DNA of 64,000 nucleotides, from the NCBI GenBank assembly GCA_976551045.1, contig CDPCPM010000052.1, positions 11,036,001-11,100,000 of the forward strand, given 5' to 3'. The notes under the pieces were generated by a model. That model was given only the letters and a program-made list of their open reading frames with translations, was not told the DNA's origin and did no database searches. This stretch comes from Glaucostegus cemiculus (taxonomy: Eukaryota). The translations under genes were made by a program, and so were the position numbers. The first letter of the stretch is position 1. Each line of letters starts with the position of its first letter. Below are positions 50,201 through 64,000 of this stretch, piece after piece.

Positions 50201-50457
50201 TTCATTGAATGTTTAAACAGTCTTGAGAGGCTAATAGCCCATATTCCCATGTGTCTCCCTCCAGAGTCATTTGCATTCTGTGGATAAATGCGTGGCATTC
50301 CCACTGGTCCTTCCACTTAGACCAATATCTCAATGTTTAGGGATTGAATTTTACAGCAAATTGTATTTTTGTCCTTTTCCAGGAAGCTATTCTCATCACT
50401 CTTTCTATATTACGACCAAAGATTGACAAAGCACTCAGAAGATCCGATTCAAGATGA
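35056..50457 (+). CDS. SPOUT1: SPOUT-domain RNA methyltransferase 1 (C9orf114/CENP-32); 12 exons, 1131 nt, 376 aa
   Basis: Exons 35056-35100, 38096-38138, 39989-40102, 41113-41272, 42039-42128, 43066-43115, 44941-45071, 45426-45498, 46700-46798, 46894-46996, 48199-48346, 50383-50457 join in frame. Motifs: VSVALPGSVLDNAQSPELRTYLAGQIARA, LECPQYLRKSFFP, GLLNPLDSPHH, YWGYTVRLA, IGTSERG, VVFGGLQGLE, NTCPGQGSRTIRTEEA. Confidence 0.96.
35575..36875 (+). mobile_element. CR1 LINE, degenerate RT and 3' end
   Basis: ORF 35607-35792 (SQYGFMKSKPCLTNLLEFFKDVTSRV), degenerate SGVPQG and SKFA-D motifs, CR1 3' UTR (gatcagccattatcatattgaatggc). Confidence 0.85.
38096..38138 (+). CDS. SPOUT1: SPOUT1 exon 2
   Basis: Acceptor ctctcag, DEMTGAYWRKTKEA, donor GTGAGT; phases 0/1 fit the flanking exons. 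Confidence 0.8.
38445..39700 (-). mobile_element. Nested CR1-like LINE fragments
   Basis: ORF 39452-39646 (TSGVLQGSVLGSLL...SKYADDT); a second CR1 3' end is inserted at about 39170-39500. Confidence 0.75.
39989..40102 (+). CDS. SPOUT1: SPOUT1 exon 3 (charged, coiled-coil-like)
   Basis: Acceptor ctgtag, RKQATKQFKELKFLKKLEKQMVEQQKTEEDQEEKKEQK, donor GTACAA. Confidence 0.85.
41113..41272 (+). CDS. SPOUT1: SPOUT1 exon 4
   Basis: GRLPTVSVALPGSVLDNAQSPELRTYLAGQIARACTVFCVDEIVVFDE; ttctag / GTAAGA. Confidence 0.95.
42039..42128 (+). CDS. SPOUT1: SPOUT1 exon 5
   Basis: TVEGTFQGIGKKGHASVQLARILQYLECP; tacag / GTGAGT. Confidence 0.95.
43066..43115 (+). CDS. SPOUT1: SPOUT1 exon 6
   Basis: YLRKSFFPKHQDLQFA; accag / GTAAGC. 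Confidence 0.95.
44170..44500 (+). mobile_element. tRNA-derived V-SINE (HE1-like)
   Basis: B-box cctgggttcaattc and V-domain ctgtctgtgtggagtttgca...ctggtttcctcccccatcccaaaga. Confidence 0.75.
44941..45071 (+). CDS. SPOUT1: SPOUT1 exon 7
   Basis: GLLNPLDSPHHMRIDEDSEYREGVVVDRPSKPKKGSFVNCGMRK; ctctag / GTTTGT. Confidence 0.95.
45426..45498 (+). CDS. SPOUT1: SPOUT1 exon 8
   Basis: EVQIDRQLQPGLRVTVQLHKSENP; attag / GTAAGA. Confidence 0.93.
46700..46798 (+). CDS. SPOUT1: SPOUT1 exon 9
   Basis: AKNLKGTVVAPHVPRTESGLYWGYTVRLASCL; tttcag / GTGAGT. Confidence 0.95.
46894..46996 (+). CDS. SPOUT1: SPOUT1 exon 10
   Basis: AVFTECPFEDGYDLTIGTSERGSNTDSTTLPSF; follows a 95-bp intron; donor GTAAGA. Confidence 0.95.
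48199..48346 (+). CDS. SPOUT1: SPOUT1 exon 11
   Basis: HMLVVFGGLQGLEASVDADENLKLTEPSVLFHHYLNTCPGQGSRTIRTE; tattag / GTATGC. Confidence 0.95.
50383..50457 (+). CDS. SPOUT1: SPOUT1 exon 12 (last)
   Basis: Acceptor ttttccag, EAILITLSILRPKIDKALRRSDSR-TGA; candidate AATAAA at 50782-50787. Confidence 0.92.
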   Translation, partial: EAILITLSILRPKIDKALRRSDSR

Positions 50458-51825
50458 ATTCATGGAAACATTTTATAACATGTCTCTTTTTACTCTAATC
50501 TTGGAGGATCATTAATTATCAGCCATTGCTCATTCTCCTTACGGATATTGCTTATCTCTATATTACAGAGATCCGTTCCAGCATGTGTTGCTACATTTAT
50601 GTAGGAATCTGGAGAATGCTTACCAGATTAAAAGAACTGTTAGGGAAGATTTATAATGCATATTTTCCAACAATCATGTTATTCATCTTCAAGCATTCAA
50701 GTAATTATATAGAATGTGTAGAACAGGAGCCAAACTGACTTATCGTACAACTGATATTCTGGTGTTTTCTGTCAATTCCAGAATAAATGGTTTTATAGAC
50801 AAGCTGATACAGTGTCTCCGAGTAGGTTCAGGGAAGCTTCTTGTTACCCTTCTTGGTGTATTGACTTCCATGCAGAATCACTCCAGGCTGTTAAATTGTA
50901 TTTTTATGATGAATTATTGACATTATATGTGAAGTAAAGACTTATTTTTTAAAAAAAACTTATGATTTTTAGTTGAACTGTTACTTTGGAGAAGTTGTCG
51001 CAGATCAGGGGAAGACCATTGATTATACTCATGATTTTGTAATTCTCATAAGAAGATACAAAAAAGATTATGGAGGCTGATGAGGACACTGCCCATTTGC
51101 TGTTCCCTTCCTCACCACATAAACCATCTTGAAGAAACCTTGGCAAAGGCTGAATGGAACAATTACTGCTTTGAGACCTACTTTTTCCTTTTGTATTTTC
51201 AGGCTGTGGGCAATATTTGAAAGGATACAATCATTGCCCTGATGTTGGAGATCACCACTGCCTCACCATGATTATCTCCTATTAACGTCATTGAAAAATG
51301 AACATCTAAGAAAATTTGGCTTCTGTGTTTCCTACAATAGTACTGTTACACTACTAGCTGTGAAGTACTTTTGGGTGTCTTAATGTCATGAAAAGATGCT
51401 CTATGATGCAAGTCTTTTTTACTACTTGACCTGAGATTAATTGTACTTTATGAAATGGGAAGTACCAACCATACAGAAACTTCTGTGTCCTGGGCTGTCC
51501 CAATGTGGAATCTGCTATCCATTCCCTTCATTGTTACCTTAATGGTCCCTGGGAAGGGAAGGATTCAATTTACTGGTCTTGAGTAAAATCTTTCATTGAG
51601 GTAGCTGGGACGAGAAGGAAAAGCTCTCTATATATTTTTTAAATTTTATTTACAGCGTGGTAACAGGCTCTTTTGGCCCAACGAGTCCGCACTGCCCTTT
51701 TTAAACCTGCAAATTAACCTACCCGTACATCTCTATAGCTGGTAGTCTATTCATGAATGCAGATGGGTCAATCTAACCAGTAAGACAAAGGTAAACATCT
51801 AAAAGATGAGGTCTAAAATTATCGG

Positions 51826-51831
51826 TTTATT
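51826..51831 (-). terminator. CEL poly(A) signal
   Basis: TTTATT on + strand (AATAAA on minus), about 40 nt after the CEL stop. Confidence 0.65.
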
Positions 51832-51868
51832 TCAGAGTCATGCACTGATCAAACCCTTCCACACAGGT

Positions 51869-60303
<8,435 letters not shown>

Positions 60304-61251
60304 TTAAAAAATATTGAAGAATTCATTACTTGTGGGAATGACAGGCAACAGTTTAAATTGTTCTCTCTCTGGGCCAGAGGTTGATTGCTAATGCATTAAT
60401 TATGATTTAACTGGATGTCCAAACACACACACACTATTATGAAGTTTAGCTTACTGTGGTGGTGAGTTGAAAGATTAATTAATGTCCATCAAGTTCTTAA
60501 AAATAATGCAGATGTTGAGAGCACGTCAGCATTTACAGCACACTGGATGCACTTTTTGTAGGATTCAATGTACCATTACTGTCAGGATGAAGGTTAAGAA
60601 AACAATGTCCTATGGACATTGTCCACATACATTAAGTGTCATCAGGGTACAGCAGCTCAATAACTGAGTTTACAACGACCTTAGCTTTGGAGTAGAGGTA
60701 GTGAAGGTTGACCAGTTTCCCATTTGTCTTATAGATTTACTTCAGGGCAGAGTCTATCTTGAGCAGTTCTTAGATAGAGGATCAATCATGATCACATTGG
60801 CGCAACAGGCTTGAAGGGTCAAATTGCTGACTCCAGCACTTAATTTCTATGTTTCCAATGGGCACTGACAGGCTTTGTTCTCCAAGCTCTCCTCTACATC
60901 CGGACGGGCCTTTAAGGTTTTGTGTTGTAGATGATCTTGTGAAGCGACTAGCTGTGCAGTAAATCCAACAACTTGCTGTTAACTACAATATTTGTGAAGA
61001 ATCCATGAGTATTGTGGTTAACAGCTAGTTGCTGGATTTCCTGCACTCTTTCCAAACATCACCTGTTCTTTAGATCAGAATTTTATGCACATCACCCTTG
61101 AGGTGCCTGTAGTTTTTTTTCTGTTTCTCTTTGATGCATGGTAGAGGTTCATATCCGAGAAGACCATGCTTTTGTAGTTAATTACCTACTGGTCGTTCTT
61201 GCCTCAATCCTAGTATTTACTGGTAATGAAGCCAAGAGTCTCTTTACGGGT

Positions 61252-62348
61252 TACAAACAAACTGCTGGAGGAAGCCAGCGGGTCGAGCAGCATCTGTGGG
61301 AGGAAAAGGATTGTCGATGTTTCGTGTTGAAACCCAGCATCAGGACTGCAAGTGGAGAGGTGAGATGGGGAGTGGTGAGAAAGGATTCCGAGGTGATTGG
61401 TGGACTGAGGAGGGGTGTAAGGTGACAGCCAGGTAGTGGAGGTGAGTCGGGGTGGAGTTGGGAGACTGGCTGGTGAACGATACATGGAGGCGGACAGAGA
61501 GAGGAAAACAGGAAAAAAAAGATGGAGCAAAGTGGGTGGAGGGGAGTATGAAGGACACAGCTGCTCTTTTTTCCTCTCGCTCTTTGTCTGCCTCCAAGAT
61601 CCAAGATTGCTTTATTGTCATTGAGTCGTTGAGACAACAGAACAATGAGATTTCATTGGCACTCCCATGTCAGACAATAGGCACAGTACTTAAATATTAA
61701 ATATAGAATAAATTAAGTTAGAGTTTACACTGTAGGGTTTACTTGATGTATTAGAGGGAGAGAGAGAAGTGAGAAAGAACTAGTGCAATCTGTGAAATTT
61801 AAAGTCCTTGTTTAAGATTTTCACGGCGTTGGGGAAGAAGCTATTCCTCAATCTGGCCGTGGATGTGTGGAATGTCCTGAAGCGTTTCTTTGAGGGGAGC
61901 AGGCTGAAGAGGTGATGGGCCGGGTGGGTAGAGTCCTTAATGATGTTTGTAGCCTTGTTCAGACACTGGGACCCATAAATGTCCGCCAGTGCGGTTAGGT
62001 GCACCCCTGTGATCTTCCGTGCCGTGTCAATCACCATCTCCATTTATCTCCATCTATCGTTCACCACTCACTGTCTTCCAACTCCACCCCAACTCACCTC
62101 CCCTACCTAGCACTACCACCTGTCACCTTGCAACCCTCTTCAGTCCACCAGTCGTCTCAGAATCCTTTCTCACCACTCCCCATCTCCCCCCTATACCGGC
62201 CATCTCGCCTCTCTACTCACAGTCCTGATGCAGGGTTTCGACCTGAAACATCGACAATCCCTTTCCTCCCACAGATGCTGCACGACCCACTGAGGTCCTC
62301 TAGCAGATTGTTTGTTGCTCCAGATTCCAGCATCTGCAGTCTCTTGTA
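61252..62348. mobile_element. Penelope-derived element with long inverted terminal arms, hammerhead-like cores and a 13-bp TSD
   Basis: Arms 61252-61490 and 62045-62348 are reverse complements; exact flanking direct repeat TCTCTTTACGGGT at 61239-61251 and 62349-62361. Confidence 0.8.
61595..62040 (-). mobile_element. Rex/L2-like LINE 3' fragment nested in the Penelope-derived element
   Basis: ORF 61780-62043 (ARKITGVHLTALADIY...IIKDSTHPAHHLFSLLPSKKRFRT...RLRNSFFPNAVKILN); tail gacaataaagcaatcttggatcttgg. Confidence 0.85.
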
Positions 62349-64000
62349 TCTCTTTACGGGTGTCTAATTATGGTGGAGGTCGGGATAGACTAAGACTGTG
62401 GACACACTGTAGCTCCTGTTAATTGGGAATCATCTGGTTGCTTGAGAGAGGCTGAGGCATCTTGCAGCCTTTTTTTGTTACAGTATTTTTGTTCTCATCA
62501 TTGTTTATGGGTCAGGCTGAGGGAAATGACAGGACAAGGATGGTCAATTCAACTGTAATAGCAGTGCTGATGAGAATTTCCTTGTGGTCTCCTGCTTGCA
62601 TAATGACTGTCTAACAGGTGCCAACGCCCAGACAGGGGATTTTGTCATGAGGTTATTGTTTCTCTAAAAAGAGATTGTTGATTTTAACAAGACTATTTTC
62701 CAAACACTTTTTAAGGAGAGCTCCGGTGAAATTAGCTGCTTCTTTTCCTTCCTTGCCAATCATACATTTCTAGACATTTGCTTCCTTTCCAACTCTAGCA
62801 TTTATCTTCCTTTGGGACTCGGGCCATGGTTGGGGGAAGTTCTCCTTGACTTAACCTGTAGCTTCCAGGATGGGACTGTACATACTGATGACTGCAGCAT
62901 GCTGGTTCTCTGTTGGATGAGCTGCAGCATCACAAGATACTCAGTGCTCGGGAGGGAAGTTGCTCATCCTTGACAGTGGAACTCACTCAATGGTAATGCA
63001 TTCTAAAAGGAAGTGTACCCATCACCTTGCTACCTTGTTTGTTGAGCTGGTTTTCTGTTGCCTCTCACTCAAGGCAATGACGTCAGCAATGTACAGAGTG
63101 GTTGAGTACCCAGGCGACGATAGCCGAGCAACATCAAGTCTGCAGCTTCTGGAGCTGCCCATGAGGGCCCTGACATTCTAATTAATTTCATATTAAGGAG
63201 TGGAATCTGCTTGTGGGTGAATTCTTTTATTGTGGGTTACCACTGCACATTGACTACTACAAAGTCTTAAGCAGAGGAAGATCTTCATCCAGTGGTAAGA
63301 CAATTGGAGAGCAGGCTACACACAGGGGTGCACACACGTGGATTCCAGTTCCAGTGATGGTAGAGGCTTCAGTCCCTCCCCTGAGAAGAAAAATCTATTT
63401 CCTTGACCAGTAAAAGGTGCATCGACAACCAACAACGTGCCCGTAACACACCAGGAACCTGCACACTACCAGCATCAAGGCAGGCACTAGCAGCTGTAGA
63501 AAATCTCTCAAAGGAGACCTGGGACTAGACAAGAAACTATTCAGTCAACTCCAGGCAGCATTTAACAAATGACTGGAAATTTTACTTTAAGTTTCTAAGG
63601 CCAGATAGAGGGGTAGGGCAAAGAGGGAGGGTCAGTGGAGGGGTAGGATCTGGGGGTGGGTGCATGCAGTGGACTGGAGGGCTAAAGGGTGAGTGGGAGG
63701 GAGGAGGTAAAAGATATGAAAAGGAGGGGAGTTTGAAAGAAGAGAGAAAGAGGAGGGGTCTGAATAGGAAAGGACACAAGAGAAAGGGTTGGACAGAGAA
63801 AGGCTGAGGTTTGGGACCTGGAGGTAAAGGAATTCAGAGGTGGTGGAGAGGGTGTGTGAGGGAGGAGCAAGGAGCAGGTAGGAGGGCAACCTTGTATGTG
63901 TCTGTGGCCACCTGATCATATAGCATTACAACATTATGCTGCATTTATATAGCAAATTAAACATAGCAAAATGTCCTTAAGGCTGTATAATAGAAACCTG

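Overview
Eukaryotic, intron-rich vertebrate DNA. The repeat content (Deu-domain SINEs, V-SINE/HE1-like SINEs, CR1 and Rex/L2-like LINE fragments, Penelope-like remnants) suggests a cartilaginous fish, probably a ray; this is an inference. Four spliced genes were reconstructed by hand with consistent GT-AG sites and codon phases: the 3' part of TBC1D13 (+, 5 exons, stop 17923), complete ENDOG (+, 3 exons, 26928-31982, 309 aa), complete SPOUT1/C9orf114 (+, 12 exons, 35056-50457, 376 aa), and the 3' part of a carboxyl ester lipase CEL (-, exons 5-11, 60248-51869; exons 1-4 lie beyond the window). Most ORFs in the supplied track are spurious or retroelement debris. The most interesting non-coding signals are: (1) six dispersed copies of a Penelope-associated repeat whose consensus rebuilds a minimal type I hammerhead ribozyme, including a 1.1-kb element with inverted ribozyme-bearing arms and a perfect 13-bp target-site duplication (no single copy has an intact core); (2) a young, CpG-rich composite retroposon with an internal 22/35-bp VNTR in ENDOG intron 1; (3) several inverted repeat pairs flanking exon blocks; (4) SPOUT1 lies co-directional with ENDOG, unlike the human convergent layout. 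Repeat family names come from motif recognition, not database searches.
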